Assembly (NCBI GenBank): GCA_002104905.1
Contig: MCFE01000523.1
Span: 1 to 62,592 of the forward strand
Source of the DNA: Basidiobolus meristosporus CBS 931.73
Taxonomy: Eukaryota > Fungi > Basidiobolomycota
Direction: 5' to 3'
DNA: 62,592 nt
Every line of letters starts with the position of its first letter. Within the stretch, counting starts at the first letter, position 1. The notes beneath the pieces are model-generated. The model saw nothing but the letters and a program-made list of their open reading frames with translations. It did not search any database and was not told the DNA's origin. Of this stretch, positions 49,413-60,404 are shown one piece after another. Position numbers and translations under genes: made by a program.

Positions 49413-51863
49413 TTGCTATATAGTGCTAACCAGCATTGATATTGTTATGAAAAAGGGTGACATCAGAAATTGTAAGTAATTAGTCACCAATATATTTCCG
49501 GTCAACATTACATTTTGGTTTGGTTATGGCAGTGGCTGATATTTTGAAGTCTTCTAGTTACTGCTCAAGGATTTGCAAGGGTGCAGCACAGTACTGTTGG
49601 TATTTCATCACAATAGCATTATACTTTTGCTGTATATTCAACTAGGAGTGTCATGTCATTGAGGGAAGAAAGTGCAAAGACCTCATGATCCAGTCAACAC
49701 AAAATGCATATTACTTTTATGTAGATCAATGTCACCATTGCTCCCTACAAAATTATCAAACAGAGGGCACATTCTATCAAATGTGGGGAACCGTTCCAAA
49801 TTCCTGCATCTTTGAATTAGCAATATAGTTGTATCAGAGATCAACACTGCTTACACTATCACATGGATAAATAAGATATGGGATTGGCAAAATTACTTCA
49901 AATGGTCTAGTGATTGTCTGAAGTGTAGGCCATATTGTAGGCCAAATGACAAAAATCAACCAAGCAACCATTGTCTTCCCATTATTTAACAAATATTCCC
50001 AAACTGAAATCACTGAGATATTGCCGGATTAGCAAGCAATTGCTGTTGCGCTATTTCACAAGATTTTTCTATATGATGCTCTTGATGAAAACATGGCGAA
50101 ACAACCCATCAACAAAAGGAGCAATATTTCTTGGGTCACTACTCTATTGGGAAGATATCCCACTGTCAATAGCTTATTCTAATTTCTAATTGGAGACTTC
50201 GCATATATCTTTTGCTCAACAACGGGGCCAAATTTCTCAGAAGTTGCTGATGCTCATATCAGTACCACATGAGACATATTTGACTAGTAGCTGAGTCATT
50301 AGAGAATACCAACACATCCTCCCATAACTGCCCACTATTTCCTAAAGGTTGAACGGCATTACTTGCGCCGGTTTTCTTTGCAGATTACTCTCTAAACGAG
50401 CTACAGTGGGGTATCATACATGCCAAGAGAAAACATCAGATTAGGTACCAAAGGAATCTGGAGCTTTCAAGGTAGTCACAAGCCTACTTTTTCAATATGT
50501 ATTTATTGTGCTGAATACTGCGAGATAGAATCTTGATTAAGTGATTATAATAAGGAACCCGTAGCTTAAATTAGTTCAATCACAGCTGGAGCTTGGGAAC
50601 ACACATTTCGCAGAGAATGGTGAGGTAAACGAGCAGCTAAGGATACCGCTTAGATTTTCAATATCCCATTCACAGTACTATTTGAAAAAGTGACTTTCAC
50701 AATTCGAATGTGCAATTGACTGACAATAGCGGCTTTGCAGTTGGGATTGTTGCAATAATTTCATGGCCATCAACGTCCATATATAGCCTTGGAATTATTA
50801 ACAAGTGTCCAATAAAAGAGGCCAGATATGCCCTTACTTGTAGCAGCTCCCAATAAAAAGCAGCGGAGTATTTGGATGGTTGATTGTTCATCTATGTATA
50901 TGATATTTTCGTTGATGATGAAGACCACAGAACATACCTCTCTGTAATGGACGGGAGAATACGCCTAGGGCTTGATCAGGTTTCTGGTAGGAGGGAAATC
51001 CTGAGTCATTGTTGGGCGTGGTCAGAAGACTCCGATAAGCATAGACTCAATAAGACGCTATTGATGATTGTTCGACTATAAATGAACTCGGTCTAACGCT
51101 GTGCTTCTTGAAAAGCCGGGTTGTTCAAGAGCAAGTACCCCACCAAATCTAGCTTCCCTTGTAGTAAAAACACTCAGCTTACTGCTGTTTTTTTTTGGAA
51201 AGCTGAAGCTCTCTGGAACAGGAAATACAATAAGTAGAGCTTCTCCTACAATATACCAAAGAGCTTTACTGGCGTGTCGTACTCCTTGCAATCACTTTCA
51301 GTTCGGTTGTTCAAATATGCCAATACTAAGGTCACCATAGTAGGGCGTACTTGTGAGATAACAAGCTATTGGATAATCTACTATAATTAGAAGCCACTAA
51401 ATCATTGACTTGTGGCGCCTAGCTATAGCTTCCTCCAAAACAAATTCTGGCCCTCTGGAAATCTATCAAGGCTTCAAAGCGGCAGTCTGGTTGTTGGTTA
51501 AAGTCGACATAAAGAACCATATCGTCGACATAAGAAAGGGCGACTCTCCTGTATCTCCGTAAACAATAACCTTTTCATAGGCTGACTATTTCCTGAAGGT
51601 TAAACATCTTTAGCTATGCCAGATTTACTTTAGTAAGTGTTGCCTAATATTAATTTCACTAACATATGAGTACTAATTAGACTTCAAGAGAAACGGTTCC
51701 AAAACTACTCTACAATTATTGGTGGGACAAAGTGCACCTAAGATGGGGTATATAATTTACGCGAAATCGTTGCGATCAATTGATAGTATCAACGAATTCA
51801 GTGCATGGGGAGCCAAGTGAGTAATGTAATAGTTGTGATTCTATGCATCTGGAAAAGTATTCC

Positions 51864-53393
51864 TTATAAGGTTTTGTTGGTGCCGGGGCAGACACCGTTG
51901 ACATTATAGGCGGGGAATTCGTACCCAGCTTCCTTCCAAGTTCTAAGAGTGGGGTTGTTGTAAGCATTCGGATGTTGCTGAATATACTTGGCGGTTGGGT
52001 AATCCGGGGGATCGCAAGAAACGTTGATCTTATCCGGAAGCTGATAGACACGAACGTAGTCGATCCACATGGTGCTAGGGAACTCAATCAACGAGAAATC
52101 AAGCCAGCCCCAAGAATGCGAGAATCCCAGGTTCATGATAATCGACATTGGCTCGGCACTGATCAGTCTTTGGGCCACCTTGGAGATGGGATCAGGTCCG
52201 ATGGCTGCGGCATCCAGTCTCCAAATGGGCTGATCATTGATTCTCCAAATGATGTACCCGGTGGGTCCTGGTACGTACTCAAACGAGTATGTCTGGAAAG
52301 CCTTGCCTTCGTAGGCATCCAAGGGGACAGTGTTGATGGCTGAGACACATTGTTGCAATGGATCACCAATGTAAGAGTTCTTATGGGCGTCTGGGCTGTA
52401 GAGAGTGACGAACTTCTCATTCACCTTCATGTCGTGGTTGAAGGGGGCGATCTGGTCAGACATGGACACAGTGCCAAGGCCGCTCCGTTTGTACGCACCA
52501 GCTGCTTCAAATATATCGATCTCTGGAGCACCACGGCCGGTTCCTGGGTTGGGGTGGTCTTGGCCTGGGCAGACGCATTTGTTGAGCTTCTGGCCCGGAA
52601 GCTTAGATAGCTTGTATGGCAAGTCCTGGTCAGGACCGACGGCGCTGTCACAAGTATCATAGGTGTAGGGCCAGGTACCATCGGTGGTGGCTCCATATCC
52701 GGCTCTGCCCAAGTTGCCCATGGTCCAAATGCCTGGCCAGAAGCCAAAGACGTTGCCCTTGCCAGGGAGCGACACGTTGACCTCGAGTATTCCCCCGGTA
52801 AAGCAGAACTTGTTCCAGCTTTGGACCATTCCACTCTTGTAGTCCTTGCCATTGATCTGCTCCTTGGTAATTCTGATCTTCATACTTCCGTCAGAGGTGG
52901 TCACCGCTTCAGGATTGTACCATTCCAGATCGTCTGTTGGCCAATACCAGAGGTCCACAGCAGTCCACTTGGGATCCTTACCCTCGGCGAATTGGCGACC
53001 AGGTGTGTTGAACTCATCCGAGAATACCAGAGTGAAGTTCTGTCCACCAATGGATTTGGTTCGGAACTCTTGTGGAGTGTCCTCATCGATCCACTTGGCG
53101 TACGTGGGTGTAGGGGAAGCTGATGAGCTGGTTCTAGAGCTTGTGGAGGACGAAGACAAAATTGAAGAGCTTGATGACACCATGGTTGAAGCGGAACTTG
53201 CGGTGGCACTGGAGCTTTCGCTAGTATAGTGGTTCTTCGGCTGGATTGAGGCATCGTCTTTGTAATCCTTTCCATCGTGACGATGATGCTTGTCGTGTTG
53301 GACAATTGGTGTGATGATGATAAGACACAGGAGGCCAACCACCACAATGGTTATGGCTGTGATTTTAACAAATCGATTTTGCAGAAGACCCAT
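51864..53393 (-). CDS. KRE6: KRE6/SKN1 protein, copy 3, inverted (509 aa)
   Basis: Catalytic domain identical to copies 1/2 except P->L near the C-terminus. Shorter, different Ser-rich stalk. Confidence 0.95.
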   Translation of the reverse strand: MGLLQNRFVKITAITIVVVGLLCLIIITPIVQHDKHHRHDGKDYKDDASIQPKNHYTSESSSATASSASTMVSSSSSILSSSSTSSRTSSSASPTPTYAKWIDEDTPQEFRTKSIGGQNFTLVFSDEFNTPGRQFAEGKDPKWTAVDLWYWPTDDLEWYNPEAVTTSDGSMKIRITKEQINGKDYKSGMVQSWNKFCFTGGILEVNVSLPGKGNVFGFWPGIWTMGNLGRAGYGATTDGTWPYTYDTCDSAVGPDQDLPYKLSKLPGQKLNKCVCPGQDHPNPGTGRGAPEIDIFEAAGAYKRSGLGTVSMSDQIAPFNHDMKVNEKFVTLYSPDAHKNSYIGDPLQQCVSAINTVPLDAYEGKAFQTYSFEYVPGPTGYIIWRINDQPIWRLDAAAIGPDPISKVAQRLISAEPMSIIMNLGFSHSWGWLDFSLIEFPSTMWIDYVRVYQLPDKINVSCDPPDYPTAKYIQQHPNAYNNPTLRTWKEAGYEFPAYNVNGVCPGTNKTL

Positions 53394-54578
53394 TGTGAAA
53401 TGAGCGAATATTGAATGGAAGACTTGTCTTGAGCATGTGAAGGTACCCTCGCTTGACTTATATACAAATCGCTCACTTATATTAGCGTTCCATTCCTAAG
53501 CTGCCACTCGGCAAGCACATTTTTGGAATGGCCGTCGCAAATTTAAGGGTACGTGATCTTTTCAGCCACCTGCAATTTGTTTTTCGTAAGCTTTCGCTGC
53601 CAGTTTTGTACGTTATCTACTAGTGTAATGTAGCGATAGGATACTATAAATAAATCAATCACAGTTCTTGGCGATATTGTCGAGAGTAGACATATCATAG
53701 CTGGTTAATATGATGGTGCTTGCCTCGTCCGCACACCTACCACTTCCTAAACTGCCGATTTCTACTAATCTGGATAGTCACACTATATTAATCTGGTTTG
53801 GTACATTTTTGGTCTAGACTGATTTCTACTTTGTCAATGACTGGCGCGATTGACTCTACCGAATCGACATTTTGTGATCGGATACATCGTGGATGCCTAT
53901 CTACCATATTTGCTCATTACCGAGAATATGTATATTTCCGTATTTGAAAACGTAATCATTATATCAATATTGACCTTGGAGTCTATGCATTGAGGATGGC
54001 AACGGCGTTAAGTTGGTATTGCGAGCTAGAATAGTAAGACTAAATACGCGAACGTGTTTATGTGTTTCTAAAGACAATCTATTAATTGTTAAAAACATAG
54101 GTACAACAGATTCGTTTTTGGCACAGGGGAAATAGCATTGGTGAAGTCAACAAGGTCTATCATTGTGCTAATTTTGGCTCTGGAAACTATATCGCTGACA
54201 ATAGTTATGATCCCATATCGCTAAGAGACCCAGATTAAGACGACTGAAGATGTGGGTGTGTTTGTATGCCCCCAAAGGCAGCGTAGCAATAGATCAAAAT
54301 GTGAATTTTATAGCTGTGGCTGTGGCAAACTGGTTGATTAACGAGTGGCTAAATTGTTAGCCTCAAGCTATTTCACTACAATGATCCAAGCAGGGGATGG
54401 AAGTAGTGCCTCCACTGTTTCAGTTGAGTAAGCAAATGAGCTTGGTGACCAATCAATATTATTTATCAATACCAAGCTTGGCTATGCTCACAACACCATA
54501 CACAAGCTATTTGAAAATTAAATATTTAGCATACAAGTGCTTCTGTTATGGTATTTAGAGTGTAGGTATTATAGTAAG

Positions 54579-54630
54579 TGCTGTAAGAGTCTTGGAGATA
54601 TTGGAAGTGATTAGGAGAACAAGTAGATTA
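54579..54630 (-). repeat. 52-bp LTR end fragment abutting a full LTR
   Basis: TGCTGTAAGAGTCTTGGAG..AGTAGATTA is directly followed by TGTTGTAAGAG. Confidence 0.85.
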
Positions 54631-57600
54631 TGTTGTAAGAGTCTTGGAGATATTGGAAGTGATTGGGAGAACAAGTAGATTATGTGGTTTTCACTTAATG
54701 ATTTATTGAATGTAAAAGTAGTATTTATACTTTTACCTGGCCTTGGCATTACAAACACGTAGAATAGGTTAAGGAAGGTCCAAAAAACATGTGTGCAAAG
54801 TTTGGGGCTGTTTGGACAACTTTGAGAATTTTCATGTTCTGGGTACCTGGTATTTTGGTGAAAATATTCTAAGTAAATCCCAACAAGGAATTTGGTCAGT
54901 ATTCTCTAGGACTTGAAGGTAATGATCTAAGTGACTAAGTTAGGTGAATATTTAAGTGGAAATGCAAATTTTTACAACACTCCCACTCAGCTAAATGCTC
55001 ATACTGACTAGTCCTAATTTTGACCTCAGATATTCAAACTTGTCTCTAGCTAATGGCTTGGTAAATATGTCTGCAATCATTTCATCTGTAGGACAGTAAA
55101 CTAAGCTAACTAAGCTATTCTCTATAGCTTCACGTATGAAATGATGTCTAATATCTATGTGCTTGGTTCTGGCATGAAAAGTTGGATTTCTACCTAATTG
55201 TATACATCCTTGATTATCTTGAAATAAAGTAATAGGCGTTTTTTGACATAGGCCGAAATCTGTAAACAGCTTTCTTAACCACATTGCTTCTTTTGTAGCT
55301 TCACAGGCTGCCATATACTCTGCCTCTGTGGTGGAAAGTGCAATGGTTGGTTGTTTTCTTGAATTCCATAAAAATGCTCCTTTGCAGTAAAGAAAGGTGT
55401 ATCCTGTGGTGGATCTTCTGTCTTCTAAATTTTGTCCCCAATCTGCATCAGAGTATCCCACAGGATCTTGTTCTGAGTCCTTATAAGTGTATATTAAGCA
55501 AATATCAGCAGTTCCTTTTAGGTATCTAAAAATCCACTTAACTGCTGCAATATGATCAGATCCATAGTTCTGATTATGTTGGCTGACAACTCCCACTGAA
55601 TATGAGATATCTGGACGTGTTCCAAGCATGATATACATCAGACTGCCGACCATAGATTGATAAGGAAAGTCAGGGCTTTCAGATGGCACCAAGCTCTCTT
55701 GATTTGGTTGAGTTTTGACCAAGTTAAGGTTTGTCTCCATTGGGGTAGCTGCCGGTTTACAGTCTTCCATTTTGTACTTCTTTAGTATATCTTGAATATA
55801 CTTGGATTGGCTTAGGGTAATAGTCTGGGTACTTCTGTCTATGGAGAACTTAATCCCTAAGTAGTAACTAAGTTCTCCTAGATCGGACATCTTGAACTCC
55901 TTAGATAGGCTGGATTAAGTCTCTTCCAATGTTTCTAGGTTATTGGTGGCTATAATAAGATCATCCACATATAGAGCTAATAGAACTGGATTTGCTCTAT
56001 CTGGCTTATAGTATATACTATAGTCAGCATTACTCCTTTTGAAACTCAAAGAATCCAAATTAGAATCTATCTTGCAATTCCAGGCTCTTGGTGATTGTTT
56101 GAGACCATATAGTGACTTTTTAAGCCTGCAGACCAAATGGGGGTTATCTTGGTCAACAAACCCATCAGGCTGGTGCATATACACGTCCTCATCAAGTTCT
56201 CCATTCAAAAATGCAGTTTTTACATCCATTTGATGAATAAAAAACTTATATTTGGCTGCAATAGCCAATATTAATCTGATGGAATTAAACTTGGCTACCG
56301 GTGCAAAGGTCTCAGTATAGTCAAGTCCTTTTGTTTGAGAGTATCCTTTGGCTACAAGTCTTGCTTTGTATCTTTCAATTGTACCATCAGCCTTGTATTT
56401 TGTCTTGAAGACCCATCTGCGTCCAATTGATTTTTGGTTGATTGGTAATTTGATTAAGTCCCAAGTTTGATTTTCCATCAGTGCCTGATATTCCTCAGTC
56501 ATTGCAGATCTCCAAAACTTTGTCTGAGGGCTATTTAGGGCCTCTTTTACAGTCTGGGGTTCACCAATATGGACTGAATAGGCATAGGCTAAGTTTGTAC
56601 CCTCATTAATATAGTAATTTGGGCTATTTCTTGTCCAATTTGATCTCCGGGCATTTGATACTGGAATGATCACTTCTGGGATATTCCTGGGCACTGATTC
56701 TGGCTGAACCATGGTTGTAGAGTCCTCTGGAGAGAAAAAGCTTTAATTGTTTTGCTCTGATTCAATCCTGACAATTGGTGGACTTGGGACCAAATTTTCA
56801 TCATCATCTGATGTCATTTTTTGTGAAAATTTTGAATTTTCATCAAACAACACATCCCTGGACTTGATAAGCTTCTTTGCTTTGGTATTGTAGAGTCTGT
56901 ATGCCTTATTCTCATTGCAGTAGCCCAAAAATATGCATTTTACACTTTTTGGCTCAAATTTTGACTGATTTCCAGCCAGTTTTTTGGCATATGCTGTACA
57001 CCCAAATATTCTTAGATGTTCTGCACTTGGTCTGTATCCATACCATGCTTCAAATGGAGTAGAATCACAAAGTATTCTGTTATAACTCCTATTTTTAAGA
57101 TGTACAGCAGTGGCAACTGATTCCGCCCAAAAATCATAGGATAATTTTGTTGTAAGAGTCTTGGAGATATTGGAAGTGATTTGGAGAACAAGTAGATTAT
57201 TTGTTTTTCACTTAATGATTTATTGAATGTAAAAGTGGTATTTATACTTTTACCTGCTCTTGGCATTACAAACACGTAGAATAGGTTAAGGAAGGTCCCA
57301 AGAACAGGTGTGCAAAGTTTGGGGCTGTTTGGACAACCTTGAGAATTTTCATGTTCTGGGTACCTGGTATTTTGGTGAAAATATTCTAAGTAAATCCCAA
57401 CAAGGAATTTGGTCAGTATTCTCTAGGATTTGAAGGTGATGATCTAAGTGACTAAGTTAGGTGAATATTTAGGTGGAAATACAAATTTTTACAACAAATT
57501 TTTGATCATGGATCATAGATCTTGCCATATCAATTATTGATCTGTTAGCTTGTTCTCCTACTCCATTTTGCTGTGGGGAGTATGGTACAGTAGTCTCTTG

Positions 57601-59065
57601 CTTTATCCCATGAATTTTGCAGAAGTGGATGAAGAGTTTTAAGGTATATTCTCCACCATGGTCAGATCGTATTTTCTTGATTTTTTTACCAGTTTCTCTC
57701 TCCACCATGGCTTTAAACTCCCTGAACTTAGACAGAGCTTCTTCCTTTCTCTCCATGAAGTAGACCCATGTGTATCTTGTATAATCATCAATAACAGTGA
57801 TTAAATACTTCATCCCGCCTAAGGATAAATTTTGCATAGGTCCACACAGATCTGAGTGAATTAGATCTAATTTTTTCTTAGTTTTGATTAACCCAGAGCT
57901 CTTGAACAGTTGTCTGGCTTGTTTCCCATATATGCAGGCTTCACAGTGCTCCAAATTAGCTGGGGGATCAATTCTCACTCCAGAAATTAGCTGATCTTTG
58001 ATCATTTTGCGCAAATAATCAAAATTGATGTGCCCAAATCTCCTGTGCCAAAGCATTGGTGTTTCTTCATTTAAGTTACTTATATTGGCTTCCAGATATA
58101 ATGGAATATAAGTCAACTTGTATAGATTCTGATCTCTGATGTCCAAAGCAATATGAGCACCATTTTGATCAGTGATCCTGCATCCAGAATTGTCAAAACT
58201 GAAACTGAGTCCTTCTGCTGTGGCCTTGCTTACAGAGAGTAGGTTCTTGGCTATTTCTGGTACATAGAGTACTTCTTTAAAGGTCAGTGTATGGCTTCCT
58301 TCACTGCTTCTAAGGTTTACTTCAATAGTTCCTTCTCCCACTGCATCAAGTGTTCTATCATCACCCATGAAAACCTTCTTAATTGGAATTTCTTGATATT
58401 GGGTAAAAAGTTCTTTTTGGTGTGTAAAGTGTTGAGAAGCTCCAGAGTCAATATACCATGTCTGAGAATCCTTGTTTGTGGTCATATTTAGTGCAGATAT
58501 GAATAGTCTATCTTCAGTTGTTGCAGCATTTCCATATTCAGGCTTCTTTTGCTGATAATCTCTGTTCTTGAGACACCGGTCTGATGTGTGTCCTTTCCTT
58601 TTGCAGTAGTTGCAAAATAGGTTGCTGTTGCCTTTGTAGGGTCTTGGGTACCTCCTTTGTTGGTTATCATTGCTTATTAAAGCATTTTCTTCTTCCTTCT
58701 TATTGGCGCTTGATTTTCTTAATTCTTCATCCAGGAGCCTTCCATATACATAATTTAAGGTCAAATCTTCAGTTCTGGACTCTAGGGCTGATACAAGGCC
58801 CTGAAACTTGTCTGTCAGGCTATTCAGGATGGTAACTATCACATCCACATCAGTAGTTGGTACACCTACAGATTCCATCTCATCTACCAGCAGGGTAGTT
58901 CTGTTAATTAGATTTTTCATTTCTTCTCCCAGCAGCATCTATGTTGTAAAGAATTTTTGTCTCAGATACATTTTCTTGGCAGCTGAACATGCCTGGCAGG
59001 TGTCTTCTAGTGCTTTCCAGGCATTCTTTGCCATTTTTGCTCTTGAGCATTGAATTAGCAATTTG
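54631..59065 (-). mobile_element. Ty1/copia retrotransposon, disabled: 3' LTR 54631-54979, PPT 54980-54988, gag-PR-INT-RT-RNaseH 54991-59065; 5' end displaced by insertion
   Basis: CNYCKRKGHTSDRC zinc knuckle, WYIDSGASQH protease, LWHRRFGH..CEAC GAG-pre-integrase and HSDLCGP..QQNGVGE integrase. RT LYVDDL and RNaseH YSDADW..STTEAEY..DNQG..KHIDIRHH follow in copia order. In-frame stops at 55915, 56743 and 58939. Confidence 0.97.
57148..57496 (-). repeat. Solo LTR of the same family inserted in the integrase gene
   Basis: 349 bp, about 14 differences from 54631-54979 by eye. Perfect TSD AATTT (57143-57147 / 57497-57501). Removal restores DQK|LSYDFWAE. Confidence 0.95.
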
Positions 59066-59985
59066 GTTAGGGGGAGGGAAAGTCACCAAAGTAGGTGAAA
59101 TCTTTATTTGATTTCAGACAAGTCTAACTACAAATAAAGAAGCCAGCTGGGAATAGAAGATTCCCAAAGTAAACACTAAGTTGAATATGAATAAATCTAA
59201 GCTAAAGTTAAGGCAGTATCCCAAAGTACACTGGAGTTCAGGTTCATGGGGGAGTGAAGCAGATAAGCTTGAGAGATATAATAATCTTTTAAGAAGTGGG
59301 TAACAGCAGGTGAAGGGGAGTTTTTGATAAGTGAAGTGAATCTTAGGGTTAGGGTTCTAGTGCTTTATTGGGAAATTTGCACAAAAAGTGCAACCTTGAA
59401 ATATGACAAAGTCATATAAGTATAGCAACTAATGTAAAATGATAACTACTTTGCCAGTAAAAGGGGTGAAGGAAACTGTAAAAGCTATAAAGGAAAAGCT
59501 GTGGACACAAGAAATTTACAGTACCATTCATTACCCTACATTGCAAGTAAGCTGAAGGAACATAAGGGGAAGCTTTAACAGACTGAACTAAAGAATCTTG
59601 CTCCATATCACAAACGAAACAATGAGGACTGCGGAAGCTTTAAAGGAAACAAAAGTTTCCATAGTGATGGCCTACCAGGAAATCCACAGAAGCATTCACT
59701 GATCCAACAGAAGGAAACAAGAGGCTAGAGTAATGTCATCAAAAGAAAATGAACCAGAAGCTGAAGATCAGGCACATACACCAAGTCCAATTATGCCAAA
59801 GGAAGCTGCAGAAGCTTGAAAGGAAACAGAAAGTCTCCATTGGGGTGACACCAGGGGAAATCCACAGTCAGCCCTTTACATCACCAGAGGTGGGCAGTGT
59901 CTGAAAGAAAGGAAAGAAAGAGTAAAAGAAAAGGGAAGGAGAGAAGAAAAAAGGAAGGAGGGAAGAATGGGGTGGGTGGGTGGGA
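59066..59985 (-). mobile_element. Non-coding element sharing its 3' terminus with the LINE (SINE-like/non-autonomous or highly diverged truncated LINE)
   Basis: Homology to gag stops at 59065 (compare 285-305). Shares GCTGGCTTCTTT, AATAAAGATTTCACC..GGTGAC and CTCCCCC with 60403-60460. Confidence 0.65.
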
Positions 59986-60404
59986 AATCTTATAGGTGAA
60001 GGATCTTGTCAAAGATCACATCACTAGGTTAGGGGAGATTGTTAGGGAAGGAGCATCAGGTCAGAAGACCCAATCTTATAGGTGAAGGATCTTGTCAAAG
60101 ATCACATCACTAGGTTAGGGGAGATTGTTAGGGAAGGAGCATCAGGTCAGAAGACCCAATCTTATAGGTGAAGGATCTTGTCAAAGATCACATCACTAGG
60201 TTAGGGGAGATTGTTAGGGAAGGAGCATCAGGTCAGAAGACCCAATCTTATAGGTGAAGGATCTTGTCAAAGATCACATCACTAGGTTAGGGGAGATTGT
60301 TAGGGAAGGAGCATCAGGTCAGAAGACCCAATCTTATAGGTGAAGGATCTTGTTAAAGATCACATCACTAGGTTAGGGGAGATTGTTAGGGAAGGAGCAT
60401 CAGG
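59986..60404. repeat. Tandem array of an 86-bp unit, ~4.9 copies
   Basis: Unit starts at 59986, 60072, 60158, 60244 and 60330. A single C>T variant at 60354. Confidence 0.97.

Noticed and set aside
41422-53347. Many 60-150 aa ORFs overlapping the KRE6 genes on both strands, repeated three times
   Set aside because: They are shadow frames of GC3-biased coding sequence, and their repetition merely mirrors the gene duplication.
48478-54630. Inversion of KRE6 copy 3 by recombination between oppositely oriented LTRs
   Set aside because: The predicted swapped TSD is absent: the left flank of 54579 is GTAAG, not the reverse complement of GGCAC. The other two LTRs retain their own TSDs.
59986-60404. 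86-bp array as a CRISPR array or hammerhead-ribozyme array (Penelope-like)
   Set aside because: The units are identical with no unique spacers, there is no CUGANGA/GAAA core, and the adjacent RT is non-LTR type rather than Penelope type.
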